A DNA stretch of 64,000 nt from Gammaproteobacteria bacterium (GCA_021156105.1 JAJNBD010000011.1:48654-112653), one strand, 5' to 3'. Counted from the first letter of the stretch, positions 49,911 through 60,918 are shown. The notes: generated by a model from the sequence alone, not told the origin. Numbers and translations are program-made.

Positions 49911-50966
49911 ATGTATCATTTAGCGTTCACGATTGCCATCGCTTTTTTTGTTAGCCTCATGCTTATTCATGCATTGAAGCCAGTTGCACAAAAAATTGAT
50001 TTGGTTGATCGCCCTAATCAGAGAAAACTACATAAAGGCGCTGTCCCTTTAGTGGGTGGCATTGCTATTAGCCTAGGTTTTTGTATTGGTATTTTGGCGC
50101 TAAATATTAGCCTTGCACCTTATCGTGCTTTATTTGCCGGATATTTATTTTTAACTGTCATTGGCATTATGGATGACTTTAATGAACTAACGCCCCGCTT
50201 AAGAATTATTGCACAAATTGTCGTGGCATTATTAGCAACCTGTTGGGGCGGCGCCACCCTGCTACACTTAGGGCATATCTTTTCAAATTCATTTTCTTTT
50301 TATTTAGGGCCTTGGGCTATTCCTATCAGCGCAGTTGCATTGATCGCCCTGATTAATGCGAATAACATGCTGGATGGCGTTAATGGCCTTGCAGGTGGTA
50401 GCAGTTTTGCAACATTAGCTTGCATTGATTGGATTGCCTGGCGCACTCATGCTGTCAATGATTTCCAGATATTGCTTATCTTGTTAAGCTGTGTATTTGC
50501 TTTCCTTTGTTTTAATTTTCCGGTATTAAAATATCGTAATCGCCTAGTATTTCTTGGCGATGCTGGCAGCACAGGCTTAGGCTTAATGATGGGCTGGTTT
50601 GGCATTCAGCTATCTCAAATCCATCAGGCTTTTTTTAAACCTGCTTATTTGCCCTGGTTATTAATCTTACCCATTTTTGACTTAACTTCCGTAACACTGC
50701 GGCGCGCCTTAGTTAAGCGCGTATCCCCACTAACTGCTGACCGCGAACACGTTCATCATCTGTTACAAAGCATGCGACTTAGAGGCTCAATTACCGCCTT
50801 GATTCTTGTACTCTTTGCTTTAGCAGGAGGACTTATTAGCATTTTTATGGCAGAATATCGCTTTCCAGAAACCGAGGCTTTTAGCCTATTTCTGGTATTA
50901 TTGCTTGCCTATTGCATAGGCACCAATATTTATTGGCAAAGAAACACCCCTCTTCCCTCTGGGTAG
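49911..50966 (+). CDS. wecA: Undecaprenyl-phosphate GlcNAc-1-phosphate transferase (WecA/MraY family)
   Basis: LVDRPNQRKLHKGAVPLVGG, DD, NANNMLDGVNGL, VFLGDAGS, ADREHVHH. Confidence 0.88.
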   Translation: MYHLAFTIAIAFFVSLMLIHALKPVAQKIDLVDRPNQRKLHKGAVPLVGGIAISLGFCIGILALNISLAPYRALFAGYLFLTVIGIMDDFNELTPRLRIIAQIVVALLATCWGGATLLHLGHIFSNSFSFYLGPWAIPISAVALIALINANNMLDGVNGLAGGSSFATLACIDWIAWRTHAVNDFQILLILLSCVFAFLCFNFPVLKYRNRLVFLGDAGSTGLGLMMGWFGIQLSQIHQAFFKPAYLPWLLILPIFDLTSVTLRRALVKRVSPLTADREHVHHLLQSMRLRGSITALILVLFALAGGLISIFMAEYRFPETEAFSLFLVLLLAYCIGTNIYWQRNTPLPSG

Positions 50967-50983
50967 AAGGGCTAGGGGTAAGG
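50947..50983. repeat. BoxC-like unit overlapping the wecA stop codon
   Basis: cccctcttccctctgggtagaagggctaggggtaagg. Confidence 0.6.
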
Positions 50984-51076
50984 AAACAGAACTAGCACGA
51001 CACTTTTACCCTACACATTGCACCCTCCTCTCCATTAGACTGAGGGAAAATTATTTTTAATCTTAGGAAAATCTAT

Positions 51077-51559
51077 ATGACTGCACAAGAACAAAACCAC
51101 AATCCTGAATCTGTTTTCAGCATTCAACGCGTTTATTTAAAAGACTGCTCTTTTGAAGTACCTCATAGCCCAGAAATTTTTCGTATAGAATGGCAGCCTA
51201 ATGTTGAGTTTGAATTACAAATTTTGACACAAGCATTAGCCGATGATGTTTTTGAAGTCATTGTTGCAGGCACAGTCACCGCTACAGTTGATAAAAAAGT
51301 CGCATTTTTAGCAGAAGTGAAGCAGGCGGGTATTTTTACCTTAAAAAATATTCCTGAAGAGCAAATGCCATTATTATTAAATATCGTTTGCCCAAATATT
51401 TTATTCCCTTATTTCCGCGAAACAGTTTCAAGCTTAACCGCACGTGGCACTTTCCCACAATTAACGCTTGACCCAATCAATTTTGAAGCTTTATACCAAC
51501 AACGCCTTGCTCAACAAGCAACTGGCAACGCTGATGAAGGTTCAAAAACCATACAGTAA
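51077..51559 (+). CDS. secB: Protein export chaperone SecB
   Basis: FSIQRVYLKD.SFEVP, EVKQAGIF, CPNILFPY.RE, L.PINFEALY. Confidence 0.96.
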   Translation: MTAQEQNHNPESVFSIQRVYLKDCSFEVPHSPEIFRIEWQPNVEFELQILTQALADDVFEVIVAGTVTATVDKKVAFLAEVKQAGIFTLKNIPEEQMPLLLNIVCPNILFPYFRETVSSLTARGTFPQLTLDPINFEALYQQRLAQQATGNADEGSKTIQ

Positions 51560-51569
51560 TCTTATCATT

Positions 51570-51596
51570 CCTTGGGGCTGCATCTTAGCCCCAGGG
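51570..51596 (+). terminator. Hairpin after secB
   Basis: ccttggggct-gcatctt-agccccaggg. Confidence 0.5.
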
Positions 51597-51778
51597 TCTC
51601 GCCCAAAAAATTTTTTTAACTTCAAGCATAGTGATTAAGTTTAATCGCTTAATTTTATTCGCTCATAAAATTTTTTAATAATATGAAACACAGCCTTAAG
51701 GCATGGCTGGTAGAAAATGAATAAATAATAAGGTTAAAATAGCCCCTTTTATTTCCAATAAAAACTTAGCCAACATCT

Positions 51779-52327
51779 ATGAGCAACGACCTAATTAGTT
51801 TGCACAAAGCGATTGAAAAAAAGGTAATGAGTATTATTACAGACATTGCCTACCTTAAAACTTGTTTAAATAATTTATCAAATCTAGCTTTAGAACCACC
51901 CCGTCACAAAAGGATTGCAACGCTCAATCCTTATAAAGGTATTTTTTCAGCCAATAAAGAGCTAAGAAAAAAAATACACGAGGCTTTAGAACAAACAGCG
52001 CATAACATAAAATCTTTAATCAGTATTTTTCAGGATTTGCTTGAGGAACATAAAACCGTTCTTGCTAAAGAAGGACGACAAAAAAGGCTTTTAAAAATTA
52101 AAGAAGTCGTAGATACAAGTTTAAGCGCGTTTACTAAGGCACATGACAGCACGCTTTCTAGTAGTAGCCTTACTAGTGATTTAAGTGAAATGCTTGCCAC
52201 TTTTGAAAAGGTGATTAATATTCTCGAAAAGGGATATAAAGTATTATTAAAGGAAATCATTAAAGCCACCCCAAGCTTTATAGGTAACCTCGAGAGATCT
52301 TTGCAAGCCACCATCCATCCTATGTAG
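51779..52327 (+). CDS. Coiled-coil hypothetical protein
   Basis: 182 aa helical, heptad-rich ORF; no family recognised. Confidence 0.6.
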   Translation: MSNDLISLHKAIEKKVMSIITDIAYLKTCLNNLSNLALEPPRHKRIATLNPYKGIFSANKELRKKIHEALEQTAHNIKSLISIFQDLLEEHKTVLAKEGRQKRLLKIKEVVDTSLSAFTKAHDSTLSSSSLTSDLSEMLATFEKVINILEKGYKVLLKEIIKATPSFIGNLERSLQATIHPM

Positions 52328-52428
52328 CACCATTGGTTCCAATATAAAATTTTAATTGCTTAACGTGGCAATTTATACTAATATCAGGTAAGTTTTTTTC
52401 GTCTATTAATTTTAATAAAGGAGTTTTT

Positions 52429-52944
52429 ATGAGAAGAGTTGCATTCCTAATAAGCATTCTAGTAACAAGCCTAACAGTAAGCCACATTGCAAATGCAAGT
52501 TCATTGGTAACTTGGCAAAATTTCGTTATTGCTCCAACACAAGGCAGCGCAGTTCAAAGTGCATCACTTGATTTATCACAACTGGATACAGAATTAAACT
52601 ATTCAATGACATGTACGGTTTCCTCTGGTAATGATGAGAGCTTTCCTGCTCATTCAACACCAGCCAATGCTATGATGAAGATTAAATACACACCAGGAAG
52701 CGGCGTTTCTTCGCCTATTTATTCACCTTTTTCCTTAAAGGTAGATGGACAATCATTCAACGTTGGTTACAATATTAATAGCACCTCCTTTCAAACTCCT
52801 TTACACTTTTTAACCGTAACAATTAATGCTTCTACCTCTATCAAACAATATGGAAGTTTAGTTTTTTATAATTTAGATAATACAGCTTCTTTATATTTTA
52901 CAAATTGTGTAGCAGCACCACTTAACACAGTGAAAGGTCATTAA
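52429..52944 (+). CDS. Secreted beta-rich hypothetical protein
   Basis: aaggag RBS, signal peptide ending ANA, Ser/Thr-rich with two Cys. Confidence 0.7.
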   Translation: MRRVAFLISILVTSLTVSHIANASSLVTWQNFVIAPTQGSAVQSASLDLSQLDTELNYSMTCTVSSGNDESFPAHSTPANAMMKIKYTPGSGVSSPIYSPFSLKVDGQSFNVGYNINSTSFQTPLHFLTVTINASTSIKQYGSLVFYNLDNTASLYFTNCVAAPLNTVKGH

Positions 52945-53105
52945 AAAGCCTAAGGATCGTTCAGGTAAAAGTTCCTCTATGCTTGGGGAGATTTTAAAAA
53001 TGAGCATTTTTTTAGCAAAAAAATAAGTTGAGAATAATATTCTCTGAAGCCGCTTATTTTTCAAGCCTAGTGGAGGCCATCAGCATGGCCCCACTGCTTA
53101 GCCAA

Positions 53106-53672
53106 TTAGGTCTTTGGTAGGGTTACGCCTGTCTGACCTTGGTATTTACCGCCACGATCTTTATAGGAAACTTCGCACTGCTCATCTGACATTAAAAACA
53201 ACATTTGCGCAACACCTTCATTCGCATAAATTTTCGCTGGCAAATTAGTCGTATTAGAAAATTCTAAAGTGACATGCCCTTCCCACTCTGGTTCTAATGG
53301 CGTGACATTCACAATAATGCCACAGCGAGCATAAGTTGATTTACCCAAGCAAATAGTTAAGACATTGCGAGGAATGCGGAAATATTCTACAGTTCTTGCC
53401 AAAGCAAAAGAATTTGGGGGAATAATACAAATATCACTTTCAACATCCACAAAACTATCATTAGAAAAATTTTTGGGGTCAACAACCGCAGAATTAATAT
53501 TGGTAAAAATTTTGAATTCATTGGCACAACGTACGTCATAACCATAGCTTGAGGTACCATAAGAAATAATCTTGCCAGAAGCATTTTGGCGTATTTGCCC
53601 CGGCTCAAACGGCTCAATCATGCCATGTTTTTCAGCCATTTCTTTAATCCAGCGATCAGATTTAATTGTCAT
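53106..53672 (-). CDS. dcd: dCTP deaminase
   Basis: [46 protein letters not shown]. Confidence 0.97.
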   Translation of the reverse strand: MTIKSDRWIKEMAEKHGMIEPFEPGQIRQNASGKIISYGTSSYGYDVRCANEFKIFTNINSAVVDPKNFSNDSFVDVESDICIIPPNSFALARTVEYFRIPRNVLTICLGKSTYARCGIIVNVTPLEPEWEGHVTLEFSNTTNLPAKIYANEGVAQMLFLMSDEQCEVSYKDRGGKYQGQTGVTLPKT

Positions 53673-53967
53673 TAATAGATCCTTATCTATGAGGTTGTTT
53701 AGGTAATATGCCAAACTTAGCTGAAACTAGGTCGCTTAAAGTTTAAAAGCAAAGGGTGAAAAAAAACTTAACAAGCAATGAGGGCCACCCAATGAAAACT
53801 TTACCAAAGCGCAACGTAAGAAGCAATGGATCACATCAAAAGCCTGGCTCTCTCGCCACGTTTTTATAGAATAAAAAATAATAAGTTGCACCTCTAGAAA
53901 TTGACTTCTATTTTGAGAATCAATAAAATGCAAAATCGAAACAATTAATTAATCCTTAAATAACAAT

Positions 53968-54621
53968 ATGATAAAAAATCAAACTTCTATTGAATGCATC
54001 CCAAATGATGTACTGGCCATTATAGGCGAAAAAGCTGTTAAGAAGGATCCAAATTTAGTACGTGCTTTACCTTTAGTTTCTAAACGCTGGAAGAGTATCT
54101 TTGCTGACTCAACAGGCGATCCTGTTTACCTAGAAAAAGCGAAAATAGCAAACCTAAAATGGAAACTAGCCCAACTAAAACACGCGAATGAAATATTAAA
54201 AAGGGAAATTGAGCTTTCTGCACATACCCCGTTCAGTCCAACTTATCGCCAAATATTATTGTTCTTAATAAGTGGAGGAATTATGCTAAGTTCTTCCATG
54301 CTGTTATCTTATCTTTTCAATCGCATTACAGGCATGGATATTTTGCCTGTTAGCCCTAGCGAATATAAAAGATCACCTCTCTCCATATACTACAGCGGAT
54401 TAAATGCCACTGGCATGCTAATCCTTTTCTCCCGTTTGACAAAAGCCTTCCCTAATGCTGCGAAAGACTCTATAGATATAGCTAGAGAGAAAAAAATAAA
54501 AATTGAGCAGCAAATAAAACAAACACAAGACCGCCTCGAAAACACAGAAGCCCACAGTCAAATAGACAACGCAGACGAACAGCAAGTACAGCAAGTACAG
54601 CAAACTCAGTTTAACCTTTAA
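53968..54621 (+). CDS. F-box domain protein with coiled coils and TM segment, candidate effector
   Basis: IECIPNDVLAII...LVRALPLVSKRWKSI F-box pattern. Confidence 0.7.
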   Translation: MIKNQTSIECIPNDVLAIIGEKAVKKDPNLVRALPLVSKRWKSIFADSTGDPVYLEKAKIANLKWKLAQLKHANEILKREIELSAHTPFSPTYRQILLFLISGGIMLSSSMLLSYLFNRITGMDILPVSPSEYKRSPLSIYYSGLNATGMLILFSRLTKAFPNAAKDSIDIAREKKIKIEQQIKQTQDRLENTEAHSQIDNADEQQVQQVQQTQFNL

Positions 54622-54685
54622 CTGGCATTAAAATTAGTCAAGCGCTATTTTTACCGCATTATGCTTGTCTGTACTGCGATCACTA

Positions 54686-55294
54686 TCAATGATTAGCGCT
54701 AAAAATCTTTAACGCTTGACGTGCCTGCTCCGCATCTGTAAATTGAATTCCATGAATCCCATGCTTTTTAGCGCCTTCAATATTTTTTGCTAAATCATCG
54801 AAAAAAACTGTTTCGTGCGGTATTAAGTCATGTGTTCTTAATAGGTGTTGATAAATTTCAGCAGAAGGTTTTAAGTGCCCTATTTCTGCTGAAACCACCG
54901 CACCTTTTACTTTATGCCAAAAATCATAACGTGCTTTTAAATGGGAAACAATTTCATGCACATTATCGGTTAATAGATATAAATGATAACCGGCTTCATG
55001 GAGCTCATTAAAAAATTCAAATGAGCCAGGTAATGGGGTCAAAGAATGCTTAACAGTTTCCATTAAGCGCTGTAATTTAGTCTGCTCAATACCAAATTTT
55101 TGATGATAAATTTCGATTGTTTCTGTTTCAGAAAATTTACCTAAATTTAAGTCAGCCCAAATGCCGGAGTTGAATATTTGCTGTAAGCGTTTTTCTTTAT
55201 TTTCATAAGAGGCAAAAGTATTTTCGATAATCCAAACAGGATCCCAACGAACCAGAACATTGCCGACATCAAATACAATATTTTTGATTGGCAT
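54686..55294 (-). CDS. HAD family phosphatase (YihX-like)
   Basis: IVFDVGNVL, KPSAEIY, FFDD...N..GA. Confidence 0.88.
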   Translation of the reverse strand: MPIKNIVFDVGNVLVRWDPVWIIENTFASYENKEKRLQQIFNSGIWADLNLGKFSETETIEIYHQKFGIEQTKLQRLMETVKHSLTPLPGSFEFFNELHEAGYHLYLLTDNVHEIVSHLKARYDFWHKVKGAVVSAEIGHLKPSAEIYQHLLRTHDLIPHETVFFDDLAKNIEGAKKHGIHGIQFTDAEQARQALKIFSANH

Positions 55295-55314
55295 ACCGCC
55301 CCACTGAAACTGTT

Positions 55315-55350
55315 GTAGGGTGGGCAAAGTCGCAAAGCGACATGCCCACC
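55315..55350 (+). repeat. GTAG-type REP element
   Basis: gtagggtgggca-aagtcgcaaagcgaca-tgcccacc, nested hairpin. Confidence 0.7.
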
Positions 55351-55360
55351 ACCATTTTAA

Positions 55361-56422
55361 TTAACGAGTGTTTGCATTCAACGCTTGGAATGGTGAAAAC
55401 ACTTCATTTAGCTGCTGCGTCACGCGAATAAATGTCGTACGCTTGGAGAGTTCTTTCAGCTGAGCCGCACCAACATAGGTGCAAGTTGAGCGTAAACCGC
55501 CAAGAATGTCTAATACGGTTGTTTCCACATGGCCTTTGTAAGGGATATCGACAGATTTTCCTTCACTTGCACGATAATTATCAACTTGACCGCGATGCTT
55601 AATCATGGCTTCTGCAGAACTCATGCCATAAAAGCGTTTATATTTTTGGCCATCCTTTTCAATAATTTCACCTGAGCATTCATCATGGCCCGCAAGCATT
55701 CCGCCTAGCATCACAAAATCTGCGCCTGCCGCAAAAGCTTTTGCCACATCACCTGGTACCACACAGCCGCCATCAGAGCATAGCAAGCCTCTTAAGCCAT
55801 GCGCTGCATCTGCACATTCAATCACGGCAGATAACTGCGGATAACCAACACCTGTCATTTTACGTGTGGTACAAACAGATCCAGGGCCAATACCGACTTT
55901 AACGATATCCGCGCCTGACATAATTAATTCTTCCGTCATTTCAGCAGTCACTACGTTACCTGCCATGATCGTTTTAGACGGATATTTATCGCGTAACATT
56001 TTAACGACATCGACAAAGCGCTGCGTATAACCATTAGCAACATCGACGCAAATGAAGTTAACATTTAAATTTTTGATGGCTTTATCTAAGGCCTGTAAGT
56101 CATGTTCACCAATGCCGGTAGTTGCAAAAACAAACTGGTTTAATTCAGCACAAGCTTTAAAGTTTGCTTCCCACTCATCATGTTGAATAAACTTATCCAT
56201 CGCCACCATCAATTTATGCTTAGCTAGCACATTTGCCATAGCAAATGTTCCAGTATGATCCATGTTGGCTGCGACAATTGGAACACCTTTCCAAGTTTGC
56301 TCGGAATATTTGAACGTGAATTCACGTTCTAAATTGACTTCGACGCGTGATTTAAGGGTGCTTCGCTTAGGGCGAATTAATACATCTTTAAAATCTAATC
56401 TAATCTGTTCTTCAATACGCAT
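55361..56422 (-). CDS. guaC: GMP reductase
   Basis: MRIE...[53 protein letters not shown]. Confidence 0.96.
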   Translation of the reverse strand: MRIEEQIRLDFKDVLIRPKRSTLKSRVEVNLEREFTFKYSEQTWKGVPIVAANMDHTGTFAMANVLAKHKLMVAMDKFIQHDEWEANFKACAELNQFVFATTGIGEHDLQALDKAIKNLNVNFICVDVANGYTQRFVDVVKMLRDKYPSKTIMAGNVVTAEMTEELIMSGADIVKVGIGPGSVCTTRKMTGVGYPQLSAVIECADAAHGLRGLLCSDGGCVVPGDVAKAFAAGADFVMLGGMLAGHDECSGEIIEKDGQKYKRFYGMSSAEAMIKHRGQVDNYRASEGKSVDIPYKGHVETTVLDILGGLRSTCTYVGAAQLKELSKRTTFIRVTQQLNEVFSPFQALNANTR

Positions 56423-56491
56423 TGGTTAACCCTTCGGATAAAGATAAATTATACCTGTGATACTGCTAGAGAAACAACATTAATTAAAAAT

Positions 56492-57817
56492 TTATAAAGC
56501 TAACTCGCCTTTTAGCGTTGTCACGCGATGCGCAGTTACTTTTACTGGTACAATTTTACCAATTAAATCTGTTGAACCTACAAAGTTAATCACGCGATTA
56601 TTTTCTGTACGGCCCGCCACTTCATTGGGGTCACGCTTAGAAGGCGCATGAACTAAAATGGGCTCTATGGTACCAATCATCGCTTCACTAAATTTTTGGG
56701 TATTTTGATAAATACGTGCTTGAAGAATATTTAAACGTTCTTTTTTTACTTCCATTGGCACCGTATCATTTAACATTGCTGCTGGTGTACCTGGGCGCTT
56801 GCTATAAATAAAACTAAAGGATTGATCAAAATCAATAGCATGAATTAAATCCATCGTTGCTTGAAAGTCTTGATCGGTTTCACCTGGGAAGCCAACAATG
56901 AAATCAGACGACATAGCGATATTCGGACGAACTTTTTTTAACTTTTCAATTTTGCGCAAGTATTCCGCTGCGGTATAACCCCGCTTCATTAAGCTTAAAA
57001 TTTTATCAGAACCACTTTGAACTGGCAGATGTAAATGGTTGGCGAGTTTTGGGATATCCGCATAAGCTTGAATTAAAGCATCCGAGAATGCTAAAGGATG
57101 GGAGGTGGTATAACGAATGCGCTCAATGCTATCAATTTCTGCCACATAATACAGCAAGCTTGCTAAGTCTGCCGTGCTACCGTCATGGGTTGCGCCACGA
57201 TAGTCATTAACGTTTTGCCCTAAAAGATTAATCTCTTTAACACCTTGTTCCGCTAAAGCAACCACTTCGGCTAATACATCATCTAAAGGACGGCTAATTT
57301 CTGTACCGCGAGTATAAGGCACGACACAAAAACTGCAATATTTGCTACAACCTTCCATAATGGAAACAAAAGCCGTTGGCCCTTCAGCTCGAGGCTCAGG
57401 CATGCGGTCAAATTTTTCAATTTCAGGAAAACTAATATCAACAACTGATTTTTGCTTTGCCTTTACTTCATCAATCATATCAGGCAAGCGATGCAAGGTT
57501 TGCGGGCCAAACACCATATCCACAAAAGGCGCGCGCTTTAAAATAGCTTCCCCTTCTTGGCTTGCGACACAGCCACCAACGCCAATCAAAATATGCGGAT
57601 ATTTTTCTTTAATTTCGCGTAACACACCTAATTCTGAAAAGACTTTTTCTTGCGCTTTTTCGCGAATCGAACAAGTATTCATTAGCAAGACATCTGCTTC
57701 TTCTGGATTTTTTACCAGCTCATAGCTTTTCTTATCACGCAAAATATTGGCCATGCTCGATGAATCATATTCATTCATCTGGCAACCATGGGTTTGAATA
57801 TATAGCTTCGCAGTCAT
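56492..57817 (-). CDS. miaB: tRNA-2-methylthio-N6-dimethylallyladenosine synthase
   Basis: [30 protein letters not shown] domain. Confidence 0.97.
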   Translation of the reverse strand: MTAKLYIQTHGCQMNEYDSSSMANILRDKKSYELVKNPEEADVLLMNTCSIREKAQEKVFSELGVLREIKEKYPHILIGVGGCVASQEGEAILKRAPFVDMVFGPQTLHRLPDMIDEVKAKQKSVVDISFPEIEKFDRMPEPRAEGPTAFVSIMEGCSKYCSFCVVPYTRGTEISRPLDDVLAEVVALAEQGVKEINLLGQNVNDYRGATHDGSTADLASLLYYVAEIDSIERIRYTTSHPLAFSDALIQAYADIPKLANHLHLPVQSGSDKILSLMKRGYTAAEYLRKIEKLKKVRPNIAMSSDFIVGFPGETDQDFQATMDLIHAIDFDQSFSFIYSKRPGTPAAMLNDTVPMEVKKERLNILQARIYQNTQKFSEAMIGTIEPILVHAPSKRDPNEVAGRTENNRVINFVGSTDLIGKIVPVKVTAHRVTTLKGELAL

Positions 57818-57969
57818 AAGTAACTCAATAATTTTTAATCAAATATTATAACACGAAGCCAGCTTTTTACCCATCTATGGCTTAAACTTTTATTTTTGGG
57901 CCTTTCTTTCTCAAAGCCAGAAAAAGTGGGGCCTGGCTCGAAGAATTATTTGTCTTGCAAATCTTTAGC

Positions 57970-58533
57970 TTAGTGCTTATAAACCAATTCATTAAGCACT
58001 TTTTCTTGCGCAATAGCTTCTTTCGCTTCCTCTAATTGCACTAAGTTTTCTTTCATATTATCTAGCTTTTCGTTAAGCGGCTGCCTAGCGGCATTAGTAA
58101 GCTGGGTAAATAAACTTTGGCCTTGAAACCACTTTACAGCAATGCGGTAAGCGCGCGTAGTCATTTCAATAGAATCAAATAAAGCAAAAACGCTCGTATC
58201 ATCTTCTCTCAAATTAAGGACTGATGCGAATGCAAACAAGGCAATTGTATTTTCAAGCCTAACAAGTCGGGATTGCGCTGACTGTGCTTGAGAAACAGCG
58301 TGATCAACACGCGAGATTTTTGATTCAAGCTCTTTAACTTGGGTTTGTAAAGGGATTTTTTGCAAGGCTTTTAATTGAGGACTCTTTGCTATCCTTTGAG
58401 GCTCGTAGATGGCTTTTCTTATCTCATTAAATCTTTTGCTTGCTTGGCTAAAAGCACTTTTTTCAGGTTTGTCACAATGCGCAAAAATCTTGCAAACCAC
58501 ATCATCAGGTAAATCATAGATTGTTATTGGCAT
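57970..58533 (-). CDS. F-box domain protein with coiled coils, candidate effector
   Basis: MPITIYDLPDDVVCKIFAHC..PEKSAFSQASKRFNEI F-box pattern. Start reassigned. Confidence 0.75.
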   Translation of the reverse strand: MPITIYDLPDDVVCKIFAHCDKPEKSAFSQASKRFNEIRKAIYEPQRIAKSPQLKALQKIPLQTQVKELESKISRVDHAVSQAQSAQSRLVRLENTIALFAFASVLNLREDDTSVFALFDSIEMTTRAYRIAVKWFQGQSLFTQLTNAARQPLNEKLDNMKENLVQLEEAKEAIAQEKVLNELVYKH

Positions 58534-58627
58534 AACAGCACCGACTTTATTTGTTATTTTTTTATATTTTATCACATGGTTACAAGAAATACAAAAAGCT
58601 TTTAGCCACAAATAAACAAAAGAGAGC

Positions 58628-59503
58628 TTACAAACTCCCCTCTAGATGCATTTTTAATTTTAAGAATAATTTACGCTGGCTTTCAGGAGAAAGGCGATGA
58701 ATAAAACCATCCAAATTTTCTGGCAAGAGAATTAAACTATCGACACTCGCCCCAAGCAAATGCTTTTCAATTGCTTCAAGCTTATGACTATCTTGTTTTA
58801 ATAATTTCTTCAGATGCTCAGCATGGTCCTTGCCAACAAAGTAAGCAGAGATGGTCGCTGTCACAACAGAAATTAAAACCATACCAAAACACATGATGAC
58901 AATTGATAACATTTTGCCAAGCATGGTAACAGGCACTACATCACCGTACCCAACCGTTGTCATGGTTTCAAACGCCCACCAAACACCTAGAAAAGGGTTT
59001 TTTATGCCTGGGTCAAAAATAGAAATGATAACCCCACTTAAACACGTTGCCACAATAAAGACAGCAAAAGTTAAACTTATTCGATTTAAGGTTAAAGTAC
59101 GATGCGCATTGTAAGCCCAAGGCAAAATAACCCTTATTAAAACTAATAATCGCACAGCTCTTATCGCACTAACCTGCCAAAAATAAGAAAACCAAATAGG
59201 ATTAACTAGCACAATAATCACAAGATTAAGCCAGTTACCTAACAAGTAAGCTTTTTTGTTCTTAACCAACGATGTCAAGACTAGCGTTTCAATAATAAAA
59301 CTTAGCCAAATTACCCAATCAGAAACATAAACATAGGTTTTAGCAAAGTGCCCTTTGGATTGTAGATACCACTGAATAGGTAGCCAAAAAGCAATCGCCA
59401 ATAAAACCCAATCAAAGACAATGCCAACACGCCAAGCCTGAAGCCCCTGGGTTCTTGGGACGCCTGCTAAACCAATAATATCTTTAAAACGTAAAAGTGC
59501 CAT
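58628..59503 (-). CDS. Voltage-gated-type potassium channel protein
   Basis: Selectivity filter TTVGYGD; S4-like IRAVRLLVLIR. Confidence 0.88.
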   Translation of the reverse strand: MALLRFKDIIGLAGVPRTQGLQAWRVGIVFDWVLLAIAFWLPIQWYLQSKGHFAKTYVYVSDWVIWLSFIIETLVLTSLVKNKKAYLLGNWLNLVIIVLVNPIWFSYFWQVSAIRAVRLLVLIRVILPWAYNAHRTLTLNRISLTFAVFIVATCLSGVIISIFDPGIKNPFLGVWWAFETMTTVGYGDVVPVTMLGKMLSIVIMCFGMVLISVVTATISAYFVGKDHAEHLKKLLKQDSHKLEAIEKHLLGASVDSLILLPENLDGFIHRLSPESQRKLFLKLKMHLEGSL

Positions 59504-59559
59504 AAATTTTGTAAATACTCTTAATAAAATTAAAAAGAACAATACTTGCCATAAATAAC

Positions 59560-60918
59560 TTAAGCAGGCATCCATGAACCATGTAGCCCATGCGGTATAC
59601 GGTGTGGTATTTGTATACGCGCTATTGGTTCAGCACCGATATTTTTAGCATCTAATATCACAAGCTCACTTTGCTTTAGCTGGTTGTTATAAGCAAATAA
59701 AATCAAGTAACCATCATCTTCTGCTGTACTTTTTTCAGCAGAGACGAAAACAGCTTCATCAATTTCAGTATGGTCACCAAAATCATGCAAGCTAGATACA
59801 CTATGATCAACATCATATTTTACTATGGCATTAAAGCTTAAAGGATTTTTGCCAGTTGCAGTTAATGTTGGCGTATAAATGAATCGATGCTTAAAACTAT
59901 CCAGCGCTTCACAAATGCGTGGAAATTCTACATCACGATTATCTAAAGCCATATGTGTTGCTAAACCTTCTTCTAGCTTAATATGAGTGCGATATAAATT
60001 GGCGGGGATCACTTTATTATCTTCCAATGAAAATTCTGCATAACGGATATAATCAACAATGATTTCTCCATTGGCTTCATAAGCATTAGCAAAGTGATAA
60101 ACAAAAAAACTTTCGGCTTGGATCCACTGTACCGGGCCGCCTTTTTTAGGCATAACTCCAATACGCGTACCTAATTCAGGCTGCCAGCCAAATAAAGAAC
60201 CGCCATGCTCAAGCGCTTTAATATCAAGCACTACTGGACAATCAAAAAATACGACGTAGTTTTCTGTTAAAACAAAATCATGAAACATCGTACAATAATC
60301 TTTTTCAACGTTAACACTTTTGGTGACTTTGCCACTTACGTCCACGCAATAGATACTTAAAAAAGGCGGCACAACATCATAGTTAACAAACCAGCGACTT
60401 CCTGTGCGCGGATCCAAACGTGAATGTGGACTAACTGCTAATGGCGTTGCATTTGGTAAAGGCGCCCATTTGCCTAGAGTTTCCAATTCTGCTGTTATTT
60501 CATAGCCTGGATTTGCCTCACCTAAAGCTAAGTAGTGCCCTGCATGACGAATAATATGAATATAAGCGCCATTTTTTATGGCAAGTGTTTTTTCCCCGGG
60601 TTGGGCCGGATCAAAAAAATAAGGTGCCTTCACGCCACCATATAAAGCACGGCCCGCTTTTTGTTCTTGCAATAATTCCTCTGTTTTAACAAAACGATTA
60701 CGATAACTTGCTTTGCCATCATTAATATAGACCGCATGAATCATGCCATCGCCATCAATTGGATAAGTATAAGTAATCGGTGGGAAATATGGATTTGGCC
60801 CATTGCGCATATATACGCCATTAAGCTTCTCAGGAATTTTACCAATAACTTTTAAATTTTGAACATCCAGTTCATCATGAACGGGTGCAAAATCATTTTC
60901 CAGAAATGGGTTATTCAT
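59560..60918 (-). CDS. Carotenoid oxygenase / RPE65-family dioxygenase
   Basis: G.YMRNGPNP, DGDGMIH, Fe ligands in PHSR, FHDF, YHFAN, GLHGSW; EFPRI, EDDGYL. Confidence 0.92.
   Translation of the reverse strand: MNNPFLENDFAPVHDELDVQNLKVIGKIPEKLNGVYMRNGPNPYFPPITYTYPIDGDGMIHAVYINDGKASYRNRFVKTEELLQEQKAGRALYGGVKAPYFFDPAQPGEKTLAIKNGAYIHIIRHAGHYLALGEANPGYEITAELETLGKWAPLPNATPLAVSPHSRLDPRTGSRWFVNYDVVPPFLSIYCVDVSGKVTKSVNVEKDYCTMFHDFVLTENYVVFFDCPVVLDIKALEHGGSLFGWQPELGTRIGVMPKKGGPVQWIQAESFFVYHFANAYEANGEIIVDYIRYAEFSLEDNKVIPANLYRTHIKLEEGLATHMALDNRDVEFPRICEALDSFKHRFIYTPTLTATGKNPLSFNAIVKYDVDHSVSSLHDFGDHTEIDEAVFVSAEKSTAEDDGYLILFAYNNQLKQSELVILDAKNIGAEPIARIQIPHRIPHGLHGSWMPA

Noticed and set aside
53945-53959. 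TTAA-N7-TTAA before the F-box gene
   Set aside because: Only 8 nt from the ATG, leaving no room for a promoter.
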